Shown here piece after piece: positions 45,121 to 55,155 of a stretch of DNA of 64,000 nt. The stretch is from an uncultured Rhodospirillaceae bacterium (GTDB lineage Bacteria > Pseudomonadota > Alphaproteobacteria > Rhodospirillales > UBA2165), in the NCBI GenBank assembly GCA_913020445.1, contig CAJWAR010000013.1:13226-77225 (forward strand). Direction: 5' to 3'. The notes beneath the pieces were generated by a model. It did no database searches. It was not told the DNA's origin and was given only the letters and a program-made list of their open reading frames with translations. Both the position numbers and the translations under genes were made by a program. Each line of letters opens with the position of its first letter. Position 1 is the first letter of the stretch.

Positions 45121-46305
45121 TTATGCGACTTCAAATAACCCGGCGGCACCCATGCCGCCACCGACGCACATGGTGACAACGACATATTTAACGCCCCGGC
45201 GTTTGCCCTCAATGAGCGCGTGTCCAACCAACCGGGCACCGGACATGCCGTAAGGATGGCCGATCGATATGCTGCCGCCATTAACATTATAATTATCCGG
45301 ATCAATACCGAGCGTATCCCGGCAATAGAGGGTCTGACAGGCGAAAGCTTCATTGAGTTCCCAAAGGCCGATATCATCGACTTTGAGGCCATGCTGGGCG
45401 AGCAATTTAGGTACGGCAAAAACCGGACCGATACCCATTTCCTCAGGGGCGACGCCGGCGACCGCCATGCCGCGATAGACGCCTAGGGGCGTTAAACCTT
45501 TTTGCTTGGCAATGCTGCTTTCCATGAGCACACAAGCTGATGCGCCATCGGAAAGTTGGCTGGCATTGCCGGCGGTTATGGAGCCGCCCTCGATCACCGG
45601 CGGCAGGCCTTGCAAACTTTCAAGCGTCGTCGCCGGACGGTTGCCTTCGTCTTGTTCCAAGGTCAAGGTATTCTCGGAAATCTCTCCGCTCTCTTTATCC
45701 TTAACCAACTGAACCGATTCCAACGGTGCAATCTCGTCATCGAATTTACCCGCCTCCTGGCCCGCCGCCGTGCGTTGCTGTGATTGCAAGGCATAGGCAT
45801 CTTGGGCATCGCGGCTGATATCATATTTATCTGCCACAAATTCAGCGGTTTCCAGCATCGGCATATAGGCGGTATCCACTGCCGCTAGCACCTTGGCATC
45901 CTGCTCTGCACCCGCCCATTCAAAATATTTCATTTGAACAGCCGAAATGTTCTCCTGCCCGCCGGCGACAACAATATCCATATCATCGACAATGATTTGC
46001 TTGGCGGCTGTGGCGATAGCGGTCAATCCGGAGGCGCATTGACGGTCGACGGTTTGCCCTGAAACCGTTGCCGGCAGACCGGCAACAAGTGCCGCAAGTC
46101 GGGCGATATTGAACGCCGCAGTGCCGCCAGCTAGCACCGCACCAACGACGACGTCATCGATTTCTCCGCCATCGACATCGGCCCGTTTTACTGCATGTTG
46201 GATGGCATGACCCATCAATGTCGGCGACTTGGTGTTATTGAAGGCACCCCGAAACGCTTTGCCGATGGGCGTGCGCGCGGTGGAAACGATGACGGCTTCT
46301 CTCAT
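45121..46305 (-). CDS. fadA: Acetyl-CoA C-acyltransferase (degradative thiolase)
   Basis: [22 protein letters not shown]..., [35 protein letters not shown]. Confidence 0.92.
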   Translation of the reverse strand: MREAVIVSTARTPIGKAFRGAFNNTKSPTLMGHAIQHAVKRADVDGGEIDDVVVGAVLAGGTAAFNIARLAALVAGLPATVSGQTVDRQCASGLTAIATAAKQIIVDDMDIVVAGGQENISAVQMKYFEWAGAEQDAKVLAAVDTAYMPMLETAEFVADKYDISRDAQDAYALQSQQRTAAGQEAGKFDDEIAPLESVQLVKDKESGEISENTLTLEQDEGNRPATTLESLQGLPPVIEGGSITAGNASQLSDGASACVLMESSIAKQKGLTPLGVYRGMAVAGVAPEEMGIGPVFAVPKLLAQHGLKVDDIGLWELNEAFACQTLYCRDTLGIDPDNYNVNGGSISIGHPYGMSGARLVGHALIEGKRRGVKYVVVTMCVGGGMGAAGLFEVA

Positions 46306-46340
46306 TTAGATCTCCCTTGGTAGTGACACTGCTAATTATG

Positions 46341-47135
46341 TTAGCGCCCGTTAAAACTTGGCTTGCGCTTCTCTAGAAAGGCCGACACACCTTCGACAAA
46401 ATCCTCGCTACTGCTCATTTCAGCGAAGCTGTCGACCTCCTCCGTCAATTGATTATCAAGGCTGTTGACGGCACTCACATTAAAGAGGCGTTTGATCTGG
46501 GCGTGGGCGAGGGGTGGTCCTTGAACCAGCCTCTCGGCGATGCGGTTTACTTCATCATCGAACGTGTCGGCTGGAAATACATCGTTTACCAAACCATACC
46601 GCTCGGCGGTTACAGCATCAAACTTGTCACCCAGTAACGCCAACTCCATCGCCCGGCGATACCCGACGATTCGGGGCAGGAACCACGTGCTGGCGCCGTC
46701 CGGACTGGTGCCGATTTGAACATAAGCCATCATGAAGTAGGCCTCACTGCTGGCGTATACCAAATCACACATCGCCGCCAAACTAACACCAAAACCGGCA
46801 GCTGGTCCGTGAACCGCGGCAATTACCGGCTGGCGGGCGGTGGCAATTGTTTTAACCAGGGGATCAATCGCCATTATGTCTTTGGCAAATTTCTCGGCGC
46901 GATCCGCCGGCGGTAAATCCAAGCTCTCCTTAAACATCTTGATGTCACCGCCAGCCATAAAGGCAGGTCCAGCGCCTTTCAAGACGATACAGCGAACGCT
47001 ATCGTCAGCTGTCAATTTGCCGAATGTTTCAATCAACCCATCTAAAAGCTCATTGCTTAACGCGTTGAAAAAATCCGGCCGGTTCATTGTTACTTCGGCA
47101 ATGCTGTTTCGGCGAACGGTTTCCAAGATGGTCAT
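46341..47135 (-). CDS. Enoyl-CoA hydratase/isomerase (crotonase family)
   Basis: 264 aa: FMAGGDIKMF, AAVHGPAAGFGVSLA. Confidence 0.88.
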   Translation of the reverse strand: MTILETVRRNSIAEVTMNRPDFFNALSNELLDGLIETFGKLTADDSVRCIVLKGAGPAFMAGGDIKMFKESLDLPPADRAEKFAKDIMAIDPLVKTIATARQPVIAAVHGPAAGFGVSLAAMCDLVYASSEAYFMMAYVQIGTSPDGASTWFLPRIVGYRRAMELALLGDKFDAVTAERYGLVNDVFPADTFDDEVNRIAERLVQGPPLAHAQIKRLFNVSAVNSLDNQLTEEVDSFAEMSSSEDFVEGVSAFLEKRKPSFNGR

Positions 47136-47146
47136 TAATCAAATCC

Positions 47147-48136
47147 TCAATGTAAATAGGCGAGACAGCCGGTGTCTGCCAATATCTGGTTAAGTGCCGA
47201 ATTATCCGCTGCTGCGGCGTAGCGATCTCTTAAGTCACCCAGCGAGCGGGCATGATATCTTTGCGATAATTGAGTATAAGCTTCGCCATCGAGCTCAACC
47301 GAGAAAGTCTCTTCTTCGGCAGCTATCGCCTCAGCGTTGGCCGTCGACCAGGGCAAGAAGTGGGTTCCGGCATCGGCAAGCAAAGGCTCCAAGGTCGGCT
47401 CCAAACTTTGCCAATCTTCGAACGGGCCATCATTGCGAGGTGCTGTCATCCGCAAAGCCCATTGTAAGATATTGGGCTTGATTGACCGGATGATGGCGCC
47501 GGCTGTTGGGTCAAGCGCCATTTCATATACTTGAGGGCCGAGACCAAAATCAGCAAAGGCCGGACGGTCGCCAAATAAGTATAGCCGGTTCTCAAGATGG
47601 GGTTCCAGAATTTCCAGCAGCCGAATAAGATAGCCTGATAACAATGGCGCTGTTTCTGCGTTGGAGCCAACTAATATTAGCCGCTCAGCCATTCTCACGA
47701 GAATTTTTTCAGCCATTTCGTCAACTTCACCATTATCCCCATAAGGCAGAATTTCGCGGGCCAAAATATGCGATCCGGCCAATTTGTCTGCTTCAGAAAC
47801 CCAGCGATGATGAAACATTAATTTCATCCCCCATTCATCACCATATTCTTCGATTAACGCCGAGAGAAAAGCGAAGGTCGGGTCGGTCGGATGGACAGAA
47901 GGCTCCGGAAATATTTGCTCCATCTCTTCGATAACCGGGGTTGTATCTTGAAGGATTTTCCCATCCGGCGCGACGACCAGCGGGATTAGCGGCAGACGAG
48001 TTAATTTCTGATATTCCTCTTCATTCTGGAAGCGCTGCAGCCACTGATGAGCAATATTCTTATAACGAAAATAAGATCGGATTTTAACCGAATAGGGCGA
48101 CATCTCAGTGCCGAATATTCTGTACTCTTTACTCAT
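47147..48136 (-). CDS. Glutathione S-transferase family protein
   Basis: Thioredoxin-like N-terminus (IFGTEMSPYSVKIRSYFRYKNI) plus a helical C-terminal domain. I prefer ATG 48136 to TTG 48154. Confidence 0.65.
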   Translation of the reverse strand: MSKEYRIFGTEMSPYSVKIRSYFRYKNIAHQWLQRFQNEEEYQKLTRLPLIPLVVAPDGKILQDTTPVIEEMEQIFPEPSVHPTDPTFAFLSALIEEYGDEWGMKLMFHHRWVSEADKLAGSHILAREILPYGDNGEVDEMAEKILVRMAERLILVGSNAETAPLLSGYLIRLLEILEPHLENRLYLFGDRPAFADFGLGPQVYEMALDPTAGAIIRSIKPNILQWALRMTAPRNDGPFEDWQSLEPTLEPLLADAGTHFLPWSTANAEAIAAEEETFSVELDGEAYTQLSQRYHARSLGDLRDRYAAAADNSALNQILADTGCLAYLH

Positions 48137-48329
48137 TGCATTTATTCCGACCAAATAGCGTTATCAATAACGGTGGCCAATTGGGGCCACATTGCAGAAT
48201 ATCAAACTTTTCTGGCAGGCTACAATCGCCGAAATTGATTGTTGAATAGTTGTCTAATTTGCAATAGATTAATTATTATGCAATATAAATATAAAGTCAA
48301 CAAAGGCGTAAGCCGGGGAACGACAATTT

Positions 48330-49871
48330 ATGACTAATAGTAATTTCCACTCACTCACCCCCGATATACTGGCCACGGGGACCACCACGGTCGGCTTGAT
48401 ATTTGCTGAGCGCGCCAGGCGCGATCAAAACCGTGACGCCATTGAAATGGGGCCGCGCAAGCTTACCTATGGAGAGTTAAACGAGCGGGTAAATCGGCTC
48501 GCCAATGTGTTGCTTGAGAAAGGGATTTCCCGCCAGGACCGGATCGCTCTGTTGTCTCACAATTCAATTGAGTATCTCGAAATTATAATGGCCGCGGCAA
48601 AAATCGGTGCCATTGTCTGTTGTCAGAATTGGCGATTGTCGCCGGCGGAACTGACCCACTGCATCAATTTGGTTGAACCCAGGATCATCATCAAACAGCC
48701 TGAACTTAACAATTTGCTCGACTCGAATAGTTTGGTGCCGCACCTGACAATTGATCTCGGTGATGAGTATGAGGCGCTTTTAGCCAAAGCTTCAACACCT
48801 GATCCGAGCCAACGGGTGGCCAGTGAAGACGGCCTGATTGTGCTCTATACCAGTGGCACAACAGGACTGCCCAAGGGCGCAGTTATCAGTCACCGGGCGA
48901 TGGTCACCCGGACCATGGTTTATGCGGCTGAGCTCAATGTGCCGTCCAACGATACTTTTTTTGCCTGGTCGCCCTTGTTTCACATGGGAGCCGCCGATCA
49001 ATCTATCGCCACGCTGCTCAGAGGCGGCAAGGTATTTGTTTCTGATGGGTTTGAACTTGAGCTGATGTTGCCGGCGCTGGAGCGCAACACAACGCAATGG
49101 TTCAGTCTGCTGCCTGGAATTATCGAAAAGCTGATTGATGCCGTGAAGACAACCAAACCTAAGTTGTCGGGTGTCGGCCTTGTTGGCGGCATGGCTGACT
49201 TAATCACGCCCGACCAGATCGGCGAAATTTCGGAGCTATTCCAGGCACCCTACTTAAATACATTTGGCTCGACGGAAACCGGGCTCCCACCAGCCTCCGG
49301 CGGCCTCATTCCCATTGGCGTCGTACCGGAAAAACTTTCTAAGCGGCAGACCGGCTATTGCGAAGTGCGGTTGCTTGATCTGGATGATCAGGACGTCGCC
49401 GATGGCGAGCCCGGCGAAGTTACTGTGCGCGGCCCGACGCTCTTTAGCGGCTACGTTAAAAATCAGGAAACCAACGAACGCGATTTCAGGGATGGCTGGT
49501 TCCACATGGGAGATGTGATGCGCCGCAATCCCGACGGCACTTTGGATTTTGTCGATCGCGTAAAATACATGATCAAGTCAGGTGGTGAGAATATTTATCC
49601 GGCAGAAATTGAAAAAGCGATTATGGCGGATTCCCGCGTCAGTGAAGCTGCCGTGATCAAAAAGAAAGATGATCAGTGGGGTGAAGTTCCGGTTGCTGTC
49701 GTTGCCCGGCGGGATGATAGTTTAAGTGAAGAAGACGTTGTCGAATTGTGTCTGCAAAAGCTCGCTCGCTATAAACGGCCGAAAGAGGTTCACTTTATCT
49801 CGGCCGATCAATTTCCCCGCAGCACGACGGGGAAAATCCAGCGCAACGTGCTAGAGAAGCGGCTAACCTAG
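48330..49871 (+). CDS. AMP-dependent acyl-CoA synthetase/ligase
   Basis: LYTSGTTGLPKGAV, ...GWFHMGDVMRRNPDGTLDFVDRVKYMIKSGGENIYPAEIE, ...TGKIQR. Confidence 0.9.
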   Translation: MTNSNFHSLTPDILATGTTTVGLIFAERARRDQNRDAIEMGPRKLTYGELNERVNRLANVLLEKGISRQDRIALLSHNSIEYLEIIMAAAKIGAIVCCQNWRLSPAELTHCINLVEPRIIIKQPELNNLLDSNSLVPHLTIDLGDEYEALLAKASTPDPSQRVASEDGLIVLYTSGTTGLPKGAVISHRAMVTRTMVYAAELNVPSNDTFFAWSPLFHMGAADQSIATLLRGGKVFVSDGFELELMLPALERNTTQWFSLLPGIIEKLIDAVKTTKPKLSGVGLVGGMADLITPDQIGEISELFQAPYLNTFGSTETGLPPASGGLIPIGVVPEKLSKRQTGYCEVRLLDLDDQDVADGEPGEVTVRGPTLFSGYVKNQETNERDFRDGWFHMGDVMRRNPDGTLDFVDRVKYMIKSGGENIYPAEIEKAIMADSRVSEAAVIKKKDDQWGEVPVAVVARRDDSLSEEDVVELCLQKLARYKRPKEVHFISADQFPRSTTGKIQRNVLEKRLT

Positions 49872-49880
49872 AGGCTTTTT

Positions 49881-51098
49881 TTACTTTCCAGGTCCCGTCG
49901 GCAAATCCCTAAATGGTACATCTTTATCGATCCGAATATCTGCGGGCAGGCCGAGGACACGTTCGGCGATGATATTACGCATGATTTCATTGGTGCCACC
50001 GGCCACTTGAGAGACCGGAGCAAAGAGGAACGAGTCCTGAAAAGCCGCCGCCATTGGTGACAGCTCTTTATCCATCACATTGCCGCCCATGCCGATTAAA
50101 TCCATACCGTATGAGGCAATTTCCTGTTGTTTCTCGGCGCCAACCAATTTCATGATAGAAGCTTCCGGCCCCGGCTGTTGGCCTTGGGATAAGGCGGTGA
50201 TCAGGCGGAAATTTGTGTATTTAACACCCTGGCAAGTGATGAACCAATCGACCAGCTTTTCCCTGACGGCGCCATTTTTGAAGGCGGGTTGGCCGTCGAT
50301 TTCGAGACTTTGCGCCAGCGCAAAGATCTCTTCAAAGTCTGGGCCGCCGGCGTGACCAACAGCCATGCGTTCGTTCATTAGCGTCGTCAGCGCCACCTTC
50401 CAGCCACCACCGATTTTGCCAAGCCGCTGATTATCGGGAATACGCACATCGTCAAAAAATACCTCGCAAAAATGAGAATCGCCGGTGATCTGCTTAATCG
50501 GTCGGCATTCTATCCCAGGAGATTTCATGTCGAGGAAGAAAAATGTTAGGCCCTTGTGTTTGGGTGCGTCAAAATCTGACCGTGCCAGCAATATGCCGAA
50601 ATCGGCCGTATCGGCAAATGAGGTCCATATTTTTTGGCCATTGATAACCCATTCATCGCCGTCCTGCTCCGCCTTGGTTCTGATCCCGGCCAAATCGGAC
50701 CCGGCTGCCGGCTCCGAAAATAGTTGGCACCAAAGTTCTTCGCCGCGTAATGCCGGCTCGACATAGCGCTCAAGCTGTTCTTCAGTCGCGTAGGCAAACA
50801 GGGTGGGCATGCACATGCCGAGACCAACCCGAAAGACGTTATAGACCAGCTCATAATGACGCTCTTCTTCGTCATAAATAACCTGTTGAATTTCAGTGCC
50901 GCCGCGTCCGCCTAACCGGGTTGGCCACGTTATCGCGGCATAGCCGGCATCGGCCTTGATCGCCTGCCATTCTTTAGCGTTCTTGCGGCTAAACGAATCC
51001 CGGGTGCGGTATTTGTCACCATGCTGCTGGAGAAACGCTCTCACTTCGGTGCGGAATTCAGCCTCTTCTGGGGTGTCGTTAAAATCCATATGCGTCAC
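49881..51098 (-). CDS. Acyl-CoA dehydrogenase (canonical GGTNEIMRNI motif)
   Basis: WCQLFSEPAAGSDLAG, INGQKIWTS, GGTNEIMRNIIA. Its start codon abuts the stop of the upstream ACAD gene. Confidence 0.9.
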   Translation of the reverse strand: MTHMDFNDTPEEAEFRTEVRAFLQQHGDKYRTRDSFSRKNAKEWQAIKADAGYAAITWPTRLGGRGGTEIQQVIYDEEERHYELVYNVFRVGLGMCMPTLFAYATEEQLERYVEPALRGEELWCQLFSEPAAGSDLAGIRTKAEQDGDEWVINGQKIWTSFADTADFGILLARSDFDAPKHKGLTFFFLDMKSPGIECRPIKQITGDSHFCEVFFDDVRIPDNQRLGKIGGGWKVALTTLMNERMAVGHAGGPDFEEIFALAQSLEIDGQPAFKNGAVREKLVDWFITCQGVKYTNFRLITALSQGQQPGPEASIMKLVGAEKQQEIASYGMDLIGMGGNVMDKELSPMAAAFQDSFLFAPVSQVAGGTNEIMRNIIAERVLGLPADIRIDKDVPFRDLPTGPGK

Positions 51099-52214
51099 TT
51101 ATCCGGTTGCTTGTTGTTCGAGCTGGCTCATCAGCCGTTCTTGCCAAAATAACGAACCGCCGATTTCCAAACCGAGTGATTTGGCGCGCCGGAAATACAT
51201 ATGACAATCGGCCTCCCAGGTGATCCCCATGCCGCCATGGGTTTGGATGTTTTCACGCGCTGCCAGTTGGAAGGCATTACAGGCGGAGAGATGGGCAGTA
51301 GCGGCGGCTTGAGCAAGTTCGGCAGAATTTTCGCCTAACGCCCAAGCGCCATAATAGGCATTGGACCGCGCTAATTCCGTGGCGATATAGACGTTGGCGA
51401 GTTTATGCTTCACCGCCTGAAAGGAACCGATGGGACGGCCAAAAGCATAGCGTTCAATGGCGTAATCCCGGGCCATTTCCAAACACGCCTGAGCGCCGCC
51501 AGTTTGTTCAAACGCGAGAATTACGGCAGCCTGGTCCAAGATATTTTGAACCGACTGCCAACCCTGCCAGGCGTCACCAAGCGGCTCGACCTCGACGTTT
51601 TCAAAACTGAGCGAGACCGTGTTGCGGGATGGATCAACCGATTCTATCGGTGTTGACGTTATGCCGGAGGCACTTAGATCACAAAAATAAAGACCGATAT
51701 CGCCAGCTGAGTCATGAGCGACAATCACCACAAAATCAGCAACAGAACCATCTGCTACGGGATATTTATTACCGTTCAATCGCCCATTCTCAACAACTGC
51801 TTCGATACGGGCGGGGCTGGGATCACCAACACCCTCTGCCAAAGCAAATGTGCCGATGATTTCTCCTGCTGCCATTTTCGGCAATAAATCGCACTTTTGC
51901 GCATCGCTGCCATGGGCGCAGATAGCACTCGTCGCCAGCGACACCGAAGTTGAAAATGGCACCGGGGCGAGCACGCGGCCAATCTCTTCGGCTAAGACAC
52001 AGAGCACTTCGCCGCCCAGTTCAAAACCGCCAAATTTTTCCGGGATGCCGGCACCGAGCCAACCGAGCTCTGCCATTGATTTCCACAATTCAGCATCATA
52101 TTGAATTTCTTCATCGAAAACGCGCCGGATGGCGGTCATCGGTGAATGCTCACGGAGGAAATCCCGCGCCGTATTGGCAACCGCCTTGGCGTCTTCTGAT
52201 ATATCGAAATTCAT
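51099..52214 (-). CDS. Acyl-CoA dehydrogenase family protein (divergent partner subunit)
   Basis: ACAD fold (FQAVKHKLANVY, HGGMGITWE), but the C-terminal motif reads GGSLFWQERLMS. Confidence 0.85.
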   Translation of the reverse strand: MNFDISEDAKAVANTARDFLREHSPMTAIRRVFDEEIQYDAELWKSMAELGWLGAGIPEKFGGFELGGEVLCVLAEEIGRVLAPVPFSTSVSLATSAICAHGSDAQKCDLLPKMAAGEIIGTFALAEGVGDPSPARIEAVVENGRLNGNKYPVADGSVADFVVIVAHDSAGDIGLYFCDLSASGITSTPIESVDPSRNTVSLSFENVEVEPLGDAWQGWQSVQNILDQAAVILAFEQTGGAQACLEMARDYAIERYAFGRPIGSFQAVKHKLANVYIATELARSNAYYGAWALGENSAELAQAAATAHLSACNAFQLAARENIQTHGGMGITWEADCHMYFRRAKSLGLEIGGSLFWQERLMSQLEQQATG

Positions 52215-52218
52215 CAGC

Positions 52219-53151
52219 TTAAGCTGTTACGCGTGCCACGGCTGCCTGATACTCCGCCTTCATTTTGGCGATAAGATCAGCCACTGGCAAAATTTCATCA
52301 ATGTCAGAAACTCCGTGACCAGCCGACCATATATCCTTCCAGGCATGCTTATCGGCATTCAGATCTTTACCGAAATCAATTTCCTTACTTGGTAAATTTT
52401 CCGGATCAAGCCCGGCATCAACGATACTCTTGCGCAAAAAATTTCCATGAACGCCCGAAAAAGCATTGGTGTAAACGATATCATTCAAAGTACTATCGAC
52501 GATCATTTCTTTGTTGGTCTGATCAGCGTAAGCTTCGTCGGTAGCGATAAAGCGCGTGCCGACATAGGCGAAATCAGCGCCGGCCGCACGAGCCGCTGCG
52601 ACATGGGCGCCGTTTGTTAGCGAGCCAGCCAAAGCGATATAGCCATCAAAGAAATTGCGGACTTCGCTCAATAGAGCAAATGGATTTGCCAGGCCGCCAT
52701 GCCCGCCCGCACCAGCAGCGACCAATACAAGACCGTCAACACCTGCCTCCACTGCCTTTTTGGCATGCCGGGCATTGATCACGTCATGAAACACTTTGCC
52801 GCCATAGCTGTGAACGCCGTCGATTACTTCTTTAGCCGCGCCCAAAGACGTCAACAGCAGCGGCACTTCGTGCTTGATGCACATTTCTAGATCAGCAGCG
52901 ACGCGGGGATTGGATTTATGAACGATCAAATTGACGCCGTAGGTTCTTTGCTGGCAGTCCAACCGGTCAAACTCAGCTTCAATTTGAACCAGCCATTCTT
53001 CGAAGGTTTCGGTCGTTCTTTGGTTTAATGCCGGGAAGGAGCCGATCGTGCCATTAGCGCAACAGGCGACGAGCAAATCTACGCCCGAGACCAAAAACAT
53101 CGGCGCAGAAATAACCGGAAATTCCACATTTTTAAAAATATCGTTTTTCAT
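52219..53151 (-). CDS. Nitronate monooxygenase / NMO-family FMN oxidoreductase
   Basis: PVISAPMFLVSG...GTIGSFPA...AGGHGG... Confidence 0.85.
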   Translation of the reverse strand: MKNDIFKNVEFPVISAPMFLVSGVDLLVACCANGTIGSFPALNQRTTETFEEWLVQIEAEFDRLDCQQRTYGVNLIVHKSNPRVAADLEMCIKHEVPLLLTSLGAAKEVIDGVHSYGGKVFHDVINARHAKKAVEAGVDGLVLVAAGAGGHGGLANPFALLSEVRNFFDGYIALAGSLTNGAHVAAARAAGADFAYVGTRFIATDEAYADQTNKEMIVDSTLNDIVYTNAFSGVHGNFLRKSIVDAGLDPENLPSKEIDFGKDLNADKHAWKDIWSAGHGVSDIDEILPVADLIAKMKAEYQAAVARVTA

Positions 53152-53321
53152 TTGAACTCTCAGTAAGTACGAATAGCATCTAGCTTGATTTGTGAATATC
53201 TGATAAGTTGCTTATATAGCAATATATTGTATATTAAGCAACATTTTACAATAAGGTGAATTACTCTATTATTACCGTTAGTTGAAGTATGTTTTCAAAA
53301 TGTGGATGAAAAAGCCAGCTG

Positions 53322-54104
53322 ATGATTAAGCAAAACAAAAATCCATCTGACAGTGTCGGCGGTGTTCAATCGGTCGAGGTCGGTACCCGTGTGCTGCACG
53401 CGGTAAAGAGCGGCGGCGGGCCGATGGGGTTGAAATCCATCGCCAATATCGCTGAACTGCCGCCCGCCAATACCCGGCGCTATCTTGTCAGTTTGATACG
53501 GTCCGGCTTGGTCGAACAGGATGCGGCAACGGGAAAGTATAATCTGGGCCCGATCGCCTTGCAGATCGGACTGGCGGCTATTATGGGCTTGAACTTGGTC
53601 CGCACCGCCGTACCCATCATGGCCGAATTGCGGGAGCTGATCGGCGAAACCGTGGTATTAACGGTCTGGGGCGATCATGGTCCGACGATTGTGCATTGGG
53701 AGGAATCCTTAGCCCCGATTACCGTCAACGCCCGAATCGGATCGATATTTCCAGTGCTTAATACGGCGACCGGTCATGTCTATTTAACCTGGCTGTCGCG
53801 GCAACAAACCAAGACTTTGGTAAAACGGGAAATGCGCCAACGGGACAAAGCCAATCCGATCGATATCGACGCCATTATCGAAACCACCAAAAAGAATGGT
53901 ATTGGCCGCTTTTTTATCGAAGATATGCGCTCGCTCAGCACTCTTGCAGCACCCATTTTCGATCACGAGAACAAGCTGATCGCCGTCATTACCACCTATG
54001 GCTATAAAGGCAAATTCGACAACTCAATTTCGGGTCCGAATGCCACCGCTCTCAAAAATTCGGCCGATGAAATTTCATTTAAAATGGGATATGCAGGAGC
54101 CTAA
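53322..54104 (+). CDS. IclR family transcriptional regulator (paralog of 31659..32450)
   Basis: GGVQSVEVGTRVLHAV...RYLVSLIRSGLVEQD...GETVVLTVWGDHGPTIVH. By eye, roughly half the positions match the first IclR. Confidence 0.88.
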   Translation: MIKQNKNPSDSVGGVQSVEVGTRVLHAVKSGGGPMGLKSIANIAELPPANTRRYLVSLIRSGLVEQDAATGKYNLGPIALQIGLAAIMGLNLVRTAVPIMAELRELIGETVVLTVWGDHGPTIVHWEESLAPITVNARIGSIFPVLNTATGHVYLTWLSRQQTKTLVKREMRQRDKANPIDIDAIIETTKKNGIGRFFIEDMRSLSTLAAPIFDHENKLIAVITTYGYKGKFDNSISGPNATALKNSADEISFKMGYAGA

Positions 54105-54121
54105 ATCATAGTTTTGCCGGG

Positions 54122-54619
54122 CTAGGTAGTGCGCGCCCACTTAATTAACTGGGATACTCTTTTGCTGCCGAATATTAAAAACAAGCCAAATAAAAACTGT
54201 AGCGCAAACTCAATTGCGTAAGAATTTATTGTAAAATCCAGAAGGCCTTCTCGTCCGTTTAAGTAAATCGCAAATCTACCGACAATTTTAGGTACGGATA
54301 ATATCGCCAATACCAAGCCAAAAACGGCGATACAAAGAGTCAGTATTTGACCGGAGTCGGTACCACTCAGGTTTTGATGACCGACTTCGCCCGGCACCAT
54401 TTTGGTGGAAAGCCAAGATGCGCCGAACCAAAATAATAGGAAGGCTAAGATCTCAAAACCAAGAGCGAAGGCATTATAAGTTGTACCAATTTGGAGCATG
54501 TTATCGCTTGCATAGGTTAAAAGAGCATGTATCGAGAACATTAACTGTCTTATTCCCGAATACAGCATATAAAGAGCTAACACTCGACACGCTAAAAAGG
54601 CCCATTTCTGCGGAGTCAT
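54122..54619 (-). CDS. Hypothetical integral membrane protein (about 4 TM)
   Basis: 165 aa with hydrophobic segments. No family recognised. Confidence 0.55.
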   Translation of the reverse strand: MTPQKWAFLACRVLALYMLYSGIRQLMFSIHALLTYASDNMLQIGTTYNAFALGFEILAFLLFWFGASWLSTKMVPGEVGHQNLSGTDSGQILTLCIAVFGLVLAILSVPKIVGRFAIYLNGREGLLDFTINSYAIEFALQFLFGLFLIFGSKRVSQLIKWARTT

Positions 54620-54705
54620 ATTTTACTGTCCTTCCTATTCTACGACAATTTCTGACACTGTATGATGGTATCACAACATTTTAATATAGGGGGAGTAGTG
54701 AAGGC

Positions 54706-55020
54706 CTAAACCGCTCGCCTATTGGCGGTTTCCATCGCCCCCGATATCTCGATCAAACCCAAATCCAGGCCGGTGACAAAATGGGCGGCGCGGCGGAGCG
54801 CCCGGTCGGCGCTGTCTTCCATGACGAAAGTATCAGCCTCGAGATAATCCGGAGCATGGATGCGCGCGCACCAAATCTCCAGGACATTGTGAAAGGTGGG
54901 GGCGTAGATAATGGCGGCCACCTCGGCCCATGACCGGTCGTCCAATTGATCATCCGGGCCCAAAAAGTGGCCGAAATACTTAACCGGCGTATTGGCCGCA
55001 GGTTTACATAGTTCATTCAT
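54706..55020 (-). CDS. Hypothetical protein (104 aa)
   Basis: ATG 55020 is preceded by GAGGAG at 7 nt. The longer ORF-track version (to 55296) overlaps the next gene and reads through low-quality sequence. Confidence 0.45.
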   Translation of the reverse strand: MNELCKPAANTPVKYFGHFLGPDDQLDDRSWAEVAAIIYAPTFHNVLEIWCARIHAPDYLEADTFVMEDSADRALRRAAHFVTGLDLGLIEISGAMETANRRAV

Positions 55021-55155
55021 AATATCTCTCCTCGACATATTGTCTATGGCGAGGCCAGAGGGCTTTTTTGGACCGAAGGTTGTTTTTTTTGAGAAAGGAG
55101 TTGCGCATTCCGGTGAAAAATCTAATTTGGCGCAATTGAAAATGGGGATACTAAA

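Noticed and set aside
52401-52415. CCGGATCAAGCCCGG inside the NMO gene, matching the REP loop core seen at 1111..1329.
   Set aside because: The stem is only 4 bp and the sequence lies within a well-supported CDS (encoding ...DAGLDPEN...). This is most likely coincidence.
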